Of a stretch of DNA of 64,000 bases, positions 13,689 through 29,114 are shown one piece after another. Source of the DNA: Eledone cirrhosa (taxonomy: Eukaryota); the NCBI GenBank assembly GCA_964016885.1, contig OZ024751.1, positions 36,580,001-36,644,000 of the forward strand, given 5' to 3'. A model generated the notes under the pieces. That model was not told the origin of the DNA. It did no database searches and was given only the letters and a program-made list of their open reading frames with translations. A program made the position numbers and the translations under genes. The stretch's first letter is position 1. Every line of letters begins with the position of its first letter.

Positions 13689-13889
13689 TTCCCCACACTG
13701 GACTAGTTGGCTTGTGTTAGGCGTTGTGACCCCGAGTGTGTCAGAAGTACCCTTGCTAGGGGGTCGAACCTGCCTAAGTCAACCTCAACGCCCGGTGATA
13801 CTGGAGTTCTGTGTCCGTTTGTCTATTCAATGTTTCTCCTAAAAAAAGTGTTTCGTTCCTTGTCTTGCCCCTTATTATTTTTATTATGT

Positions 13890-13948
<59 letters not shown>

Positions 13949-14599
13949 TATGAAAACTAAGACAATCCAGATTTGTTAAAAGTTTGAAGAAACCGAATCT
14001 CTTATTTCAGTCCGTAAACCAAATAACGATTGTAATAATAATCAACACAACAAGAGTAGCTATAGCCATGAACAACAAGTTTAAAGAAAAATACAACAAC
14101 AATAACAACTACAGCAACAAACTGTCCTATTTGCCAGGTAGGATAATAACTAGACTTGGGATGCCTCCCACAACTGATACATAAATAAATGGAATACTTT
14201 GCTGAGGCAATGTAATTAGGCTACTCAGCACAGCAAAGCCACTACTACTAGTGTTACTACTGTTGTTACTACTACTACTGAAGTAAGTATTAGCCATTAT
14301 CATAATCTTCATACCAACGTAAACCCGACTATGGTGTGTGGAATTCTTCCACTTGAACGAAGTAAACCGAAGTTTTAATTAGCTCCAGGCACTGATTGTA
14401 AACACACACACACACACAACACACACACATTCCTTTACTGGTTTCAGTCATTAGACTGGTCACATCTGACGTCCGCTCTTTCAATGTTGGCATGGGTTGG
14501 AGAGAGAGAGAGCGAGCGAGAATACAAACACTTCGAAACAGTAATTACGGCTAAGAATAAAACGACCTTCAAAGATGACATGCACCCCACATAAACAAT

Positions 14600-14650
<51 letters not shown>

Positions 14651-15584
14651 ATGTGTGTGTGTATGTGTGTGTGTGTGTGTGTGTACACACAAAACGGAGA
14701 TGTGTGTAATGTACACAATAAAAATAGAAGATATGTGAACATGTACTGGTTCGTGTGTAAGTCTAAGTACACATTTCATTTGTGGAATGATTACACAAAC
14801 ACACACTACAGAATATATTAAGTAAACACACTAAAGAATATTATATTAAGCAAACACACACACAGATATACACAGACAAACAGATATATATATACACACA
14901 CAGAAAATTCAGGCAAGTACTTTTAGCAGTTGCTACACAGAACTAGCAGAAAGATAAACATATAAAAATAAAAATGAAGACGAAACGAAAAACGAAACAG
15001 AAAAGCAGCCAGCTATATTGAGATATATATATTATATATATATATAGAGAGAGAGAGAGAGGGGGATATCGAGGAGCGGAGATGGGATAGGTAGGAGAGA
15101 AGCCAGACACTGCAGTGTGTACATAAAGAATGTAACTGGCAAGTTGTCAATAATATCCAGTTGCCAAAATACAAATGAAACAACCAGAGCGGAATGGGTT
15201 TCCATTTATTAGTTAAAAACACTCACAGACGCTGCGCACACACACGCACACATCTAGGGGGTGGGGGGAGTTTCTTCCAACTGATACTTTTTTTAAAAAG
15301 TAGGAAAAGGATGAACGGAGTTGGGGGTGATTTTAAAATCTTCCGAAATCTTACGAAAGGTGATTATACTATATATTCGGTAGAGCGGCGGACACCATGT
15401 TTCGCGATATAGTTACGGTTCTTTGCGTTCTCAGTTCAAATCTCGCCGAGGTTAGCTTTGGATTTCATCTTTACATGGTCGATAACAAAAGTACCAGTCC
15501 CGCACTGGGGTCGATTTAAGCGACTTTCTCTTCCCCAAAAATGCTGTCCTTGTGTCTAAATCAGAAACCATTATATACACACAA

Positions 15585-15630
<46 letters not shown>

Positions 15631-17471
15631 CTTTAATATAGAGTGGTAATTTAGTCCCATCTTCAGTAATCCACAATATTTATGAGTATATAAAACGGTA
15701 TAAATATTGGATTTAAAAGCAAGTCAATTAGCGTGATTTCTCGTGTATAATACACACAATCACACGCGTGTGTCTAGAGAGAGAGAGAGAGCGAGAGCGA
15801 GAGCGAGATACATACAGACTTCAACAGCATTCTAATATTGCCTGAACAGATGAAAGTCCGTTTACATTTTGTGGGGGGGGGGGGGGGGGCACCCTGTATG
15901 TACACACAGACGAGCGAGAGTCATCTAAACTGACTAGACAACGTCTAAACCCTACATGGTAGACTTAAACCGGTGATGGATGATAAAGTTAAAATGGAAA
16001 AGTCACTCACACCTATGCAGGTTTAGCTAGCCTCCTACGAGTTGTACTCGATAGGTTTTCTTTGGTAGAGGACCCCCTAGTCTTAGTTTAGCTTAAAGAG
16101 GCGGGTCTCTCTTGACCAAGCACAGAACACATCGCCTGGTCCAGGAATCGAACCCACGATATGTTCTTGAGTACAAACATCCTCACAGAGAGAGGGAGGG
16201 AGAGAGAGGGAGGGAGGGAGAGAGAGAGAGAGAGAGGGAGGGAGCGAGAAAGAGAGTGAGGAACAGTTCGTCATACACACGTGTGTTGTGTGCGCGCGCG
16301 CGCAACAATGGGGTTGTTTGTACATAAGTGACTTCATAGACGTAACGAAAAGTCTATGTCTCAGTACAAATCAGAAATTCAACATTATTTATTGATTGCT
16401 CTGTTCATTTGTTTGTACCAACACATGGGTATGTGTAAGTGTGGGTGTGAGAGCGGGTGTGTAATGAATCAAAATGGGATTTACTACAAAAAGGTCAGTC
16501 AGACAAAAAAGCTAGGAAATAGCTTATATAGAACAAAGTAGAAGATTAGCTTGAATTATATTTAATATGCTGTGTGTGATACAGTATCCAAATGTGTGTG
16601 TGTGTGTAGAGAGAGAGAGAAAGAGAGACGCAGAGAGAGAGAGAGACTTGTCTGATGATCGTGTGTACACAGCTTTAACTCCAGAGTAACAAGATTCATC
16701 AATTAGCCATAATTAATAAAGAGTATTATCAAAAACTACTTTGCTATTGAGTATCAACAACTCACACGGACAAAAGGTTCCAGCCATTAGGTCAACATCA
16801 TACGGACAAAGGGCTCCAACCAGTAGTAACGGTAGAGCACTCTAGACGCTCAGAGAGAGACCTGGTTGGGACAATGGAGAGACATCAGATAAAACATTCT
16901 TTAAAGAACATCGCAATGCCTCGCAAGCTTATTTAAAATCTAGGGTTTCAAACGGAGAAAATAACAGTCGCTCGCTATAGGGACGGGGAAATATTGCTCA
17001 GTACCCGCTGTGGTCGGTATTCAAGATAAGGGGGTTCGTTTCTCGGGAGCATTTGGATTCCCACATGTCAACTCATCCAAGAGCCACGACGTGTGTGTGT
17101 GCGCGGCCTGGAGTTGTGTAAAAGGGAACTATAAAGGAGCAGAGCTAATTATGTGATGAATTAAGCTGGTCAATATAGATAGGGCTAAAATATCGAGCGA
17201 ATCCTTTTATTCAATGAAGATCATTCATGCCACAAACAAAGTACCAGTAATGCACTGGGTGATTGCTGGCTTTGTGCCTAAAGTAGAAACAATGATGTAT
17301 ATATAATATAGTTAAGTGATCAGCAAGCAATCGTGAAACTCACTACCAACAGACTAAGTATAAATATAATTATAGAACCCCTATATTGAGTACTTTGCGC
17401 CATGGTTGTAACAATATATATATATATATACACACCTGTGCGTGCGCGCGTGCGTGCGTGCGTGCGTGCGT

Positions 17472-17573
<102 letters not shown>

Positions 17574-17785
17574 TCTGTATACATGTAATTTTACAACCTT
17601 TGCTAGCAGAGAAAACGGGCTTTAAATGATGTATACACATATATGTGTATATGCGTATATATGTATGCCTAGTAGTACAGATCGAAGATCGGACACTGCG
17701 AGAGAGGGGGTGGGGGGCCTAAGCCATCAACAGCAAACTCGATTGACAATTGACACGGTCGATTAACCATGGTAGTCCTAATAAT

Positions 17786-18180
17786 TGTAGTAGTAGTAGT
17801 AGTAGTAGTAGTAATAATAGTAGCAATAACAGCAGTAGCAGTAGTAGCAACAGCAGTAGCAGCAACAGTAGTAGTAACAGCAGTAGTAGTAACAGCAGTA
17901 GCAGTAACAGCAGTAGTAGTAACAGCAGTAGCAGTAACAGCAGTAGCAGTAACAGCAGTAGCAGTAACAGCAGTAGCAGTAACAGCAGTAGCAGTAACAG
18001 CAGTAGCAGTAACAGCAGTAGCAGTAACAGCAGTAGCAGCAGTAGCAGTAACAGCAGTAGTAATAGTAATAACAGTAGTAATAGTAATAACAGTAGTAGC
18101 AGTAGTAATAACAGCAGTAGTAATAGTAATAACAGTAGTAGCAGTAGTAATAGTAATAACAGTAGCAGTTACAGTAATAG
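17786..18180. repeat. Compound (TAG/CAG/TAA)n trinucleotide repeat
   Basis: Directly visible; includes a 15-bp higher-order unit GTAACAGCAGTAGCA. Confidence 0.95.
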
Positions 18181-18356
18181 CAGCAGGAATCATAGTAGCA
18201 CTATTAACAGAGGTAGTGATATCAGCTCGCATTCTCAGTCGTAATAGTTTATAGCCCAACATCGTAATAAATAGCAGTTGTATGTTTAGTTTAGTCGTAA
18301 GTGCTGTTAGACGTAATCTTAGTCATAGCGATAGTAAAGACTGCGAGTAGCGCACC

Positions 18357-18362
18357 AATGTG

Positions 18363-18399
<37 letters not shown>

Positions 18400-18880
18400 A
18401 CTACTTCAGCTGGAAGTCGTCATTCTTTGCAGATTAACCACAAAAACTTGGCTTTATTAGTTCAACCAAGGTCGGGCTGAGGAGGCCAAACTTTTCAAAT
18501 ACCGGTCGCTCTTGGACAGGTTTGCGGTTGTACCCTTGGCAGTTAGACTTCTGGTGTCCTCGGGCCCCAGGGCTACCTCCCTACTCACCACCATAGGCGC
18601 TGAACTGGCCAGCCGCAGGTGTGAGCCTCGCTAGCTGGAATGGCTTTTCCAGCGCGCCTCCCTTTCCTTCCTCCGGGGAAACGCCTTCTCCATTCTGTCC
18701 GCCGGGGCTGTGGGGAGGCCACCGATATGATTGACTGACTGTCATTTTATCAGGCAGATGTTCTAATGTGTTGTGAGTATGTGTTACTACTTTCAGCTGG
18801 AAGTTGTCCCTCTTTGCAGATTAACCACAAATATTAAACTTGGTTTTATTAGTTCAACCAAGGAAACTCAATACCAGGCA
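18357..18880. mobile_element. Unclassified element: ~100-bp direct repeats around a GC-rich core
   Basis: 18357-18471 is similar to 18765-18863 (CAGCTGGAAGT...CTTTGCAGATTAACCACAA...TTTATTAGTTCAACCAAGG). The ~290-bp interior is much more GC-rich than its surroundings. Confidence 0.55.
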
Positions 18881-21210
18881 TAATAATACGACGTGTGTGT
18901 GTGTGTGTGTGTACTCGGTATACCGTATTCTTGGGTGTCAGAACGGGCATCCGGTTGTAAAACATTGCCTCAAAACAATATCCCCTCTAACCCATACTAG
19001 CATGTAAAAGTCGTCGTAAAAATCGCCAAAAGAAATATGTGTATGTGTGACTAACATACACAATACATTTCCAATCTGTCATGGTGCTAAGTTCGATTTC
19101 CAATCACAAGGTCCCAGATTCTAACCCTACATTTGTCCTTGTACTCCTAAAGTTATGCTTACTTTTATAATCCTGATACAAAAATAAAGTACCAGTAATG
19201 CACTGGGTAATTGCTGGCCTTGTGCCTAAAGTAGAAACAGTTATTACATGTTAGTAATAAAATAAATTATTTTGTCAGTATTATATTTAATCATTTCCAC
19301 TTGTCAGTAATCAATATCAACTATAGGGTTTCTTTTATTCACTATTAATTTATCAAAATGTAAATTATTCAGTTTGTATGATTGTTCATATATCCAGTAA
19401 TCTTGAGTGTTTGGCATACCAGTCCTGGACACCAGGATTCTATTTTGATTACTGACGACACGGGTTCACTTTATATATACACACACACACACACACATTA
19501 TAGTTTGTCAGACTGAACACAAAAGGTTTATAATAATAAATGAATCAACGATGGATATTTCCTCATAACAGGCGAGCAAATGGTAAACTATCAAAAGAAT
19601 GCGTTTCGGTTGTTTTGATCAGGAGACCTAGGTTTACAGATCTATACACACATACATAATATACAATGATTACATAGAGGTACATGCATAAACACACACA
19701 CACACATTATAAATTCAAAATGAAGTGTGTTTTTTGAGTAGTTAAAACGACTCTTGCGCGACTTGTTTTGTGTAATACATCTGTCGTACTTGACATGACC
19801 TAATTTGTTTAGGTTCATTACGAGGAGGTTGAAGCTATCTATATATTCCTATTTACTACATAAACAAAATATCACACTTCAACAACAGCAACCACAAAAC
19901 AATAACAAAAAAACCGAATTAGAAAATTTACTAATTAAAATTTACTACCAAGCTCCAATTGACTGCGTGAATTAGATTTCAATAATATACAACTTCACAC
20001 CTCTAATATTTGTTAAACAGATATTAGGTTTACACAAGACACCCAACAGTTTAAATTCCACATAAACACAGAGAGAGACAGAGAGAGAAAGACAGAGAGC
20101 GGGGAAGAGAGAAAGATTACATCAAAACTATTTTGTACACCCTGGAGAAAAACAAGTCTCTAGGCAGGCAACAAATGTTTGTTTTTGTTTAAGTAATAAG
20201 GCCTCCACCAAGTCTATCTACTCCAGCAGACCCTTTCCCATCCTGTAATTTCTTCATAGTAATGGAGGTGGGTCTATTTGTAGAACGGTGTGAGGAGAGT
20301 GCCGAATGTAGCCCCGAATAAATGGGCCCTTAACCGTTTCGTTACCATATTCCTAATGAAATATAAACCTGTATTAATAAAGAATCTTGAAGGATTTATT
20401 AACATTATCATTTCTTTCATAATTTAGATAACAAAGGTTCTTATGTTGAAAGATTTTAATCTATATAGGAATATTTTGAAATGGATAGCTTTGTTACATA
20501 GAACCAGAGGCGATTCTTGTTTGCTTCGTTGGTTGAAAACATGAACATCACTACATCAGTTATCTTCATATTCTTCTGCAAACAAAGAATAAAATCTGTA
20601 AGAACTAACTTCTAGAAGAAAATTGAACACCACAGACAGAAATTAGTAAAGTCATAGGCAAGAGACCCAGAAGACAACTTTGGAACAGGCGCTAACAGAT
20701 CTCCAAAGTGTTTCTTTCAGTAAAAGACGAACCGAACCACCTTCTCTAAAAAAAAACCCAACTATTTTCAACATATAACGTGACCCTTTCATTGCCATAT
20801 TGCTAATGAAAGATACTGCTTAGTATTTTCAAAATCAAGAATTTGAAGGAATTTAGCTGGTGTTTAGCTGGTGTTTATAACGGGAGTTTTTCACATAAAA
20901 ATATGAAGAAAGGCTTTAGATAAATATTACTACTTTAAAACAAACACTTTTGTATTCTAGAACTAGGGTGGTATAGAAGTTTTAAAGAGAAATCACGAAA
21001 ACATCGTTGTTTCTTCTTATTCCCAATATTAGCTTCGGAACAGTAGATATGTGTTAATACAGAACAGACCGCCAACGAGTTTGACTTCTGCACACGCACA
21101 AAAACCAAAATGACATTGAGCCCAACAAGACCAGCTCACTTCAAATAAACAAACTTTCAACACCAGCCGGTGGGAAAATAACTACAAGCCGTTGTAGTGT
21201 TGTTAATGCT

Positions 21211-21831
21211 CCACTACCACCACTACTACAGCAAACACCAACACCACCACTACTACAGCAAACACCAACACCACCACCACTACAGCAAACACCAACACCA
21301 CCACCACTACAGCAAACACCAACACCACCACCACTACAGCAAACACCAACACCACCACCACTACAGCAAACACCAACACCACCACCACTACAGCAAACAC
21401 CAACACCACTACAGCAAACACCAACACCAACACCACTACAGCAAACACCAACACCAACACCACTACAGCAAACACCAACACCACCACCACTACAGCAAAC
21501 ACCAACACCACCACCACTACAGCAAACACCAACATTACGACCACTCCTACACCAACACCACTACAGCAAACACCAACACCGGCCACCACCACCACCACCA
21601 CCACCACCACCGACCACCACCACCACCACCACCACCACCACCACCACCACCACCACCACCACCACCACCACCACCACCACCACCACCACCACCACCACCA
21701 CCACCACCACCACCACCACCACCACCACCACCACCACCACCACCACCACTACAGCAAACACCAACACCGACCACCACCACCACTACAGCAAACACCAACA
21801 CCACGACCACCACTACACCAACACCAACACC
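21211..21831. repeat. 24-bp minisatellite (CACTACAGCAAACACCAACACCAC)n grading into (CCA)n
   Basis: Directly visible. Confidence 0.95.
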
Positions 21832-22367
21832 ACGTCAAAAAAAAAATTAATTTAGGAAAAAAGCTGATGAGTCAAAAGTGATTAACAAACAGTAGTTTTG
21901 TGTTTAAGACTTTAATATAATCTTTCAAAGCCATTTTCCACACAGCAATTGCACCAAACTTATCTTACAGCCAGTCTGATGACACAAAAAGGAGTTATCT
22001 AATTGGTCGATAGCCTTTAGCACAAATCAACAATACCTTCACACCAACACATGCACACCGATCATAACACACGCACTAACGCTAATTATCAGCGATGGAG
22101 ATGGAGATAAACTAAAATAGATGTTTTACTGGTTTTCAGCCACTGGACTGCGACCATGCTGGGACATCACCTTCAAGGAATTTCAGTTGATCATACCGAC
22201 ACCAGTGTCTTATTGTTTAGTAGGAATTCTTTAACATGAGAGTTGGGAAATCTAAGGAATGGGAGGGGGGGGGGGTCAGTATATATACCATAAAATACAA
22301 TTGAATTGTAGAGAGCGAGAGGCATGTCTACACCCACTCCTGCATCTCACATGCACTTCAGCACTGC

Positions 22368-22451
<84 letters not shown>

Positions 22452-22773
22452 TAGAGAGCTAGAGAGAGAGAGAGCTAGAGAGAGGGAGAGAGAGCTAGAG
22501 AGAGAGCTAGAGAAAGAGAGAGTGGTGATAATAGTAATGTGTGTATTATTTATAACACTTAGTTATAGTATTAATGGGTTTGGAGCGAACAACAGAGCAG
22601 GAGTGGATGGTTTGAGGAAGGTGGGGAGGTGCTTGTGATTGGGTGACGAAGGATTAATAGCGGGGTGGGGTGGGGGTCGAGGAATAACATTTATGGTGTT
22701 AACAGGTTAAGACAGTGTGTATGCATATCTATCTAACACACTCACTCTATATATACAGTATATATACACACAC

Positions 22774-22823
<50 letters not shown>

Positions 22824-23412
22824 CCATGAAACTCGTGGAGAGATCAAGCAAGCAACAACAATAATAATAATAATAATGATATACCTTGGATTAACATTAC
22901 CAGCTTAACTAAGCGGATTAGATGCACTTATCCCACCACCACCACCACCAGATTGTTAGTTATTAGGATGGGGAGCGGCAAAGAAAGAAAAACGCACTGT
23001 GAAGTCCAAACAATAGATTTTATTTTTACCTGTTCTCAGCCCACAAGGTACATTATTTACACCTGTATTAATGAAACACTGGCATTTCTAAAGATAACTG
23101 TGTTGTCTTTTTGTTACCTTTTTGTATTTTGATTAATTAAACGCGGCAACGGTAATACTCGTCTAAATTAATATATTTAAACCTTCCTTTGTTTTGTTTT
23201 TGTTATTTTTGTCCATTATAACATTAATTCTAATTAATCGTTAGGACATCGAACAAAATGCTTTGCGGTATTTAGCTTCAGATCTTTAACACCCGAGTTC
23301 CAATACTGCCAAGGTCAACTTTTTTCTTTTTATTTTATCCTTACGTGGTTGTTAAAACCTCTAAATAAATTTAAAAAAAATAACAGTAAAGCCCTAGGGT
23401 GGGTGTAAGTGG

Positions 23413-23645
23413 CGCAATTTCCACTTCAAATGCTTCGATTGAATCAAAACTATGCCCAATATGTCACTCACTGAGATCGAACCCGAGACCTCACGGTTGC
23501 GAAGCGAACTTCTTTGCAATTTCGACTCCCAATGCTTCAATCAAACCAAGACTATGGTATACAACGCATGCCTACGATATCACTCACTGGGTTCGAACTT
23601 GGGACCTCACGGTTGCGAAGCGAACTACTTAACCATTCAGCTACA
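23413..23645 (-). mobile_element. Tandemly duplicated tRNA-Arg-like SINE head
   Basis: Minus strand GTAGCTGAATGGTTAAG...CTTCGCA...AAGTTCGAACCC has A and B boxes and a TCG anticodon-like loop; two diverged tandem copies. Compatible with the tRNA-Arg-derived OR-type octopus SINEs (recalled, not verified). Confidence 0.55.
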
Positions 23646-25072
23646 GAAAGAAAAAAACATAAAACCTACGCAAGAGAGGATAGGTCAAACAAAGCAGGTG
23701 ACTGTTTACGGTTGAGTGGTTCCCTTCCCTTCAGCGTACTTTACACTGGCTTCACACAAAACACATTTAACAACTAACCTGGGATAAGATGTTTTGATTT
23801 CAATTGTGGCAGGCAGCTCACCCAGAATAATATAAAGCAGCTGTGTACGCCCTCACTTCATTACTTTGGATTGTCAGTATCGGGAGAGGGTCGGACGCCA
23901 TGCTTTCCAGCATAGTTACGTCCCGAGTTCAAATCCTGCCGATGTTAGCTTTGCCTTTCATCCTTTCGGTGATCGATAAAATAAACTACCTGTAACGAAC
24001 TGAGGTCGATTTTAATCCCCAAAAATCGTTTGCCTTGTGCAGAAATCAAACTATTATAATGGCGGTAGATTGTTAGAATCGGTGGAGCGTCGGACAAAAG
24101 GCTTTGCAGTATTTACTCTCGAAACATTAGGTTTTAAGTAAAAAATCCCACACGCTCGAGATCAAAATTTGCCTTTATTTCCACGGGTCGATAAAATAAA
24201 GTACCACTTAAGTAGTGTGATTGATTTACTCAACTTTCACGTGTCTCACCCCACAATCAAATTTTCTGGGTCTTGCGTTTTACTTTAGAGACAATTTCTA
24301 TTAATGTTTCTACTTTTGGCACAAGGCCAGCAATTATGACAGTGTATTACTGGTACTTTATTTTATCGACCCCGTAAGGATGAAAGGCAAAGTTAACCTC
24401 GGCGGGATTTGAACTCAGACCGTAAAGGGCCGTATCTCTGTGCTGAAAAGCATGGCGTCCGACTTTCAGCCGATACTGTCAATCGACCGTCCTTTACTAT
24501 TAATATTAATGCTTTGGGGATATTTTAATATATTTCTGCATATTTTGTTGTGAACTAAAAATACGAAAAACAATTTATGAACTGTAATGCTAATCATCAT
24601 CATCATCACCATCACCATCATCGATAAGTAGCAGCACCATTGTATTTCTATATTGCTACATATATATTATCTCCCACGACCCTGAACATAGACAAGAAAA
24701 TGAGAGGGAAAATCCCATAAGCAGAAAATCTTTTTTAATATATCAAGGTCCTTCAGGGATGAGTAGATGGAACCCCCTCCTTCCCCACACACAGGGGATC
24801 AGATGGAGGGATAGATATGTTTTCAGAGAGAGAGAGACAAAAAAATATAGATATCAGAGAGCAATTAGAGAGGAGCATTAAATTATATATATACATATAT
24901 ATATATATATACATACATATGTATATATATACATACATATATATATACATACATACATACATATATACATACATATACATATATACATACATATACATAT
25001 ATATGTATATATATACATACATATATATATACATACATATATATATACATACATATATATATACATACATAC

Positions 25073-25103
<31 letters not shown>

Positions 25104-25360
25104 AGGATGAATTCAGTTTGAAACTGGTTAGACAATTACACAGAGTACGATTATATTATACAGTGTTAGGAGCCGACAGCTGAGCTCAGCCTTTGGGTCC
25201 TGACTATTTATATATATATATAAAGAGGTACAGAGTTCAATTTTCAGTAGCAGCTGCTAGTCACTTTTTTTCTGTCTGTAAGGGTATTTTACCTGAATTC
25301 TAAGCTATTATTTATAGCAATTGACTGCGTGATAATAGACCTTGATTTTCTGTGTTTGAG

Positions 25361-25414
<54 letters not shown>

Positions 25415-25900
25415 TGGGGAAAATCTAGGCAAAATATTGGGTGTGGCTGTCAGAGAGGAAGAATAAACTTCTACAGAAGCCATTCCTTCAACTGCAAGAA
25501 TTCCTGTAACCATTACAGATAGTGTCATCTACGATGGTGAATTATAGCAGCAGGGTGGTGCAACCTACCACACCCCTTCAAATCTATATTAGGTGTATCA
25601 TTTAGAGAAATATGTGGGAGTTAAAGGACATTACTCAACACGAAAATGTCAATGTCATGAAGTGGAATAATGCACAGAATTTATTGAAAATCTCCTAGTC
25701 TGATGGTTTAAAACTACTATTCCCAGGACTTGGGGTACCCTGAAACTGCCACCTGGCCCTCGAGTGCCCTGAGACTGCATGCCTGGCATTCGAGTGCCTT
25801 TAGCAGAAAAGTAAATACTGCCAAGTGAGTAATGTCAATAATTGGTTTATATTCCTCATGAGTTGTCATAGGAACTGCCTATCCTTTCCCGACTAAACAG

Positions 25901-25953
<53 letters not shown>

Positions 25954-28900
25954 TGTGTGTTGAGTCAAGGGAAATAACTCAAGTGAGTCATAGGCATAAC
26001 ACAACAAAAAATAAATTAAAAAAACATTTGACATTTTTATCCTGGTTGGAGGGGGAAAAAAAAAAAAATCTATAGTAGAAATAAATTTAGTCATTGTACA
26101 TGGAATATTCAGTATGTATATTATATATATATATATACTGAATATCCTATCTCCAGTTTTGATTTCACTCAATGGGAGAATCTACTGGAAATATAAAACA
26201 AACAAACCAATCTTTGTAAATAACTGAAATTAACAGAATGACTCATTCCTCCTCTTCTTACAAAAGGTTAGACTGATATTTAAGAGAGTTCACCATTTGG
26301 CACAACCTATTTCATTTGTTTACTGTTTAGAATTTTACTCAGCTAGGCTTAGCTTTATTATTGTATTGCTGTCTCAGTCAGTTTGCACATCAAGTGGTGT
26401 CAATCTGAGGCCTCCGTCACAAATTTTAATCCCTCTGATTACCACCAAAGATTTTATGTTAGAAACTAACTCTTGCATGTTTGGACTTCAAATGAATTTT
26501 GAGATATTTGCAAAAATTATTATTTCATTATCAAGATAGAAACTTAACAGATGGTTCTTTTATAAAATTGAAGGATTTTAATTGAAATAGGAGACCTTTA
26601 AAATTGATGAAGGGTTCTTTTTTTTGTCTCATAAAATTCAGGGAGGGGGTAGCATGTAGGTATTATAAGAGTTACGTTATGCTCTAAAAACCAAATAAAG
26701 AGTAAGTTCTTTTACAAAATCTTGAAAACTTTTGGAAATTATGAGAAAATCCTTAGACATATGACAAAAGGCATCAGCAGCAACTTCTAATTATTTAACC
26801 CACAGATCCAGATCATAAAATATTTATCCAGTCAGTATACATATACTTGCAATAAATTGCCAGTTTGTTAGAATACTTTACAGTATTCACTCTTGCTTCA
26901 ATTCCAAATCAGTTAACTTCACCCTTCAACATTTCAAAGATAAAGTACCTGCTCAATATTAGGGGAGTAGGCAATTCTTCCTCTATCTTTCTCACTCTAT
27001 GGAACAATTCAGTTGTTTCGACCTGGAGAGGGGATGGACTGCTTTAAAGTGAGCATGACAGTGCACCAACAACTATCAGGAGTTACATATAGGTCCATAC
27101 ATAGTGTAAACATTACCAAAATATCCATGCTGGCATGGTTTAGAGTCATTTTGTAATCTGATCACACTAAGAAGATTGTCTTGAGAGAGTTGTATATGAC
27201 ATATACATAGGTACAACCAGCAAGGTGAGAGTTAATATACACATGAAGGTAGAGGTTCATCTGAGTTGTCCTCACCCTCCTCATGTTTACAATTGTCTAC
27301 ATCGCTAGTACCAGTCATTACATCCTTTCATTAGGGTGAATGCTTGCCCCAGATCTTCAACTGAGAAATACAAAGCAAGAGTTAGTTAAACAATTACAAC
27401 CATTTCACAATAACAGCCATTTATAATATATAGGTACTAAAATAAGTGCTGGGATTGAGATGATCAACCAAAACTTGGGGTGGCCCAGCTTGGTTACCAT
27501 CTGAGAGGGGTTTTATGTGATACCTTGGGCAAGTGTCTCCTAATGCCTCAATTTTACCAATGCCTTGTGAATGAAATTTGGGTAGACAGAAACTGTGTGT
27601 GAACCCATTCATTCTATGTGAATGTAAGTATGGGCAAATAGAGATTGATAAAATAAGTACCAGACTTGATATAAACACTGAGATCGATATGACTGAAGGT
27701 GGTGCCCCAGCATAGCAATAGGGTAATGACTAAAACAAATTAAAAGAATAAAAATACTAAACAGCACAAAAACTGAAAATGTCAAATGTTGCTTGAAAAC
27801 GAAAAGTATTCTAATAAGTAGGAAAAATGTTACTCTTTTCTAACTAACTTGTAAGAGAATGTTTTGTTAATCTGCAGTGCACATGCACCGAACAAATATT
27901 TCCTTTCATACAGAGTTAATGAAAAGCAGCTTTCTCTTTTAACTTGAAAATTTTTTTTTTTTTTTTACACATATTTCCTTCTTCCATTGTTGCTGGAAAC
28001 TAACAAACCTCACAGCTTCTCTCTCCTACAATTAAAGCAACTGCTACCATTAACAGCCCCACCTCAACCAAATATCAAATGGAATAGACAATTGTTCCAA
28101 ACAAGGATATGGGTAGAAGACAAAAGAAACTGGAAATATGACAATATTATACATTGAACACACCATACATTTTAAACATTATATGAATTTTCTTTTAATA
28201 TGTAATATGGGTAACTGGTTTAGAATGGGTACACCATATATCTCTGTGCTGTAAGTGACTAAAAGGGGTTGGTGTCATGATGTAAAACAATAACGAGTGT
28301 GTGTTGTGTATAGACCAAAGTTTTACAGATCAACACAACCCATTTTTAGGCCTCGCTAATCTGTAGGCTAACCTTCGACTATAATATATATATATATATT
28401 TATTTTTGTAAACACAGACAATTGTTCCATTTACCAAGGTTTCACGAAGACAGGTGAGCTCGACAGATGTCTGAAATCACTCATCAGAATGAAAAATTAT
28501 TTAATATGGACGCAAGATATGAATTTCAAAACAAAGGCTAACACACAACCACTATGCTTCACACAATGATTGGCGAATGTTTTACAGTTGACTGTAAGTA
28601 CCTCAGTGAAGTGAATACCTTGTGGCAAAAACCTCCCTCAAAAATAGCTTTTAAAGAACCATCAGATCATGAAGGGTCTGCCATACAAAGCTGACCTGTA
28701 TTAATCAAAGTTAAGAAGCAACCAATAAGGAGTTTGTTATTTGACTATCCTAATGTGTGTGTCATTTTACACAATATAAAATCAGTGTTTACACTAAGTG
28801 AAGAGGTGACCTAGTACAGGGGCAGTCATTGTCTTTATAGTGAAAGTAAATAACTTTAAAGTCAACAGCAAACTTCATGTATTCTAGTCTTGTCATGTCC

Positions 28901-29114
28901 TACCTTCTTTGAATATTTAACCCTTTATTCAACAGATTTCACAATACATAAACAAGTGGACATGAAAGCAAGTATGCACAAGCCATCTTTAACCCTTTTC
29001 GTATAAACCTGTCCCAAACCATCTCAACTGCTATGGAAAATTGGAACCATTTAAAATGGATATCTATTTAAATTAATATCTTCCAGCTTATCCATAAATT
29101 CAGAGCATCTGTCT

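Noticed and set aside
17669-18262. Thr/Ala/Val-rich (antifreeze or mucin-like) and Ser/Asn ORFs
   Set aside because: A trinucleotide repeat open in several frames, with no unique coding flanks or splice support.
21197-21850. His/Pro-rich 217-aa ORF
   Set aside because: A minisatellite and (CCA)n translation with a GTG start, open on both strands.
23580-23645. Functional tRNA-Arg gene
   Set aside because: Anticodon and acceptor stems do not close, and it is duplicated together with SINE-like flanks; treated as a SINE head. The same applies to 7279-7350 and 58868-58935.
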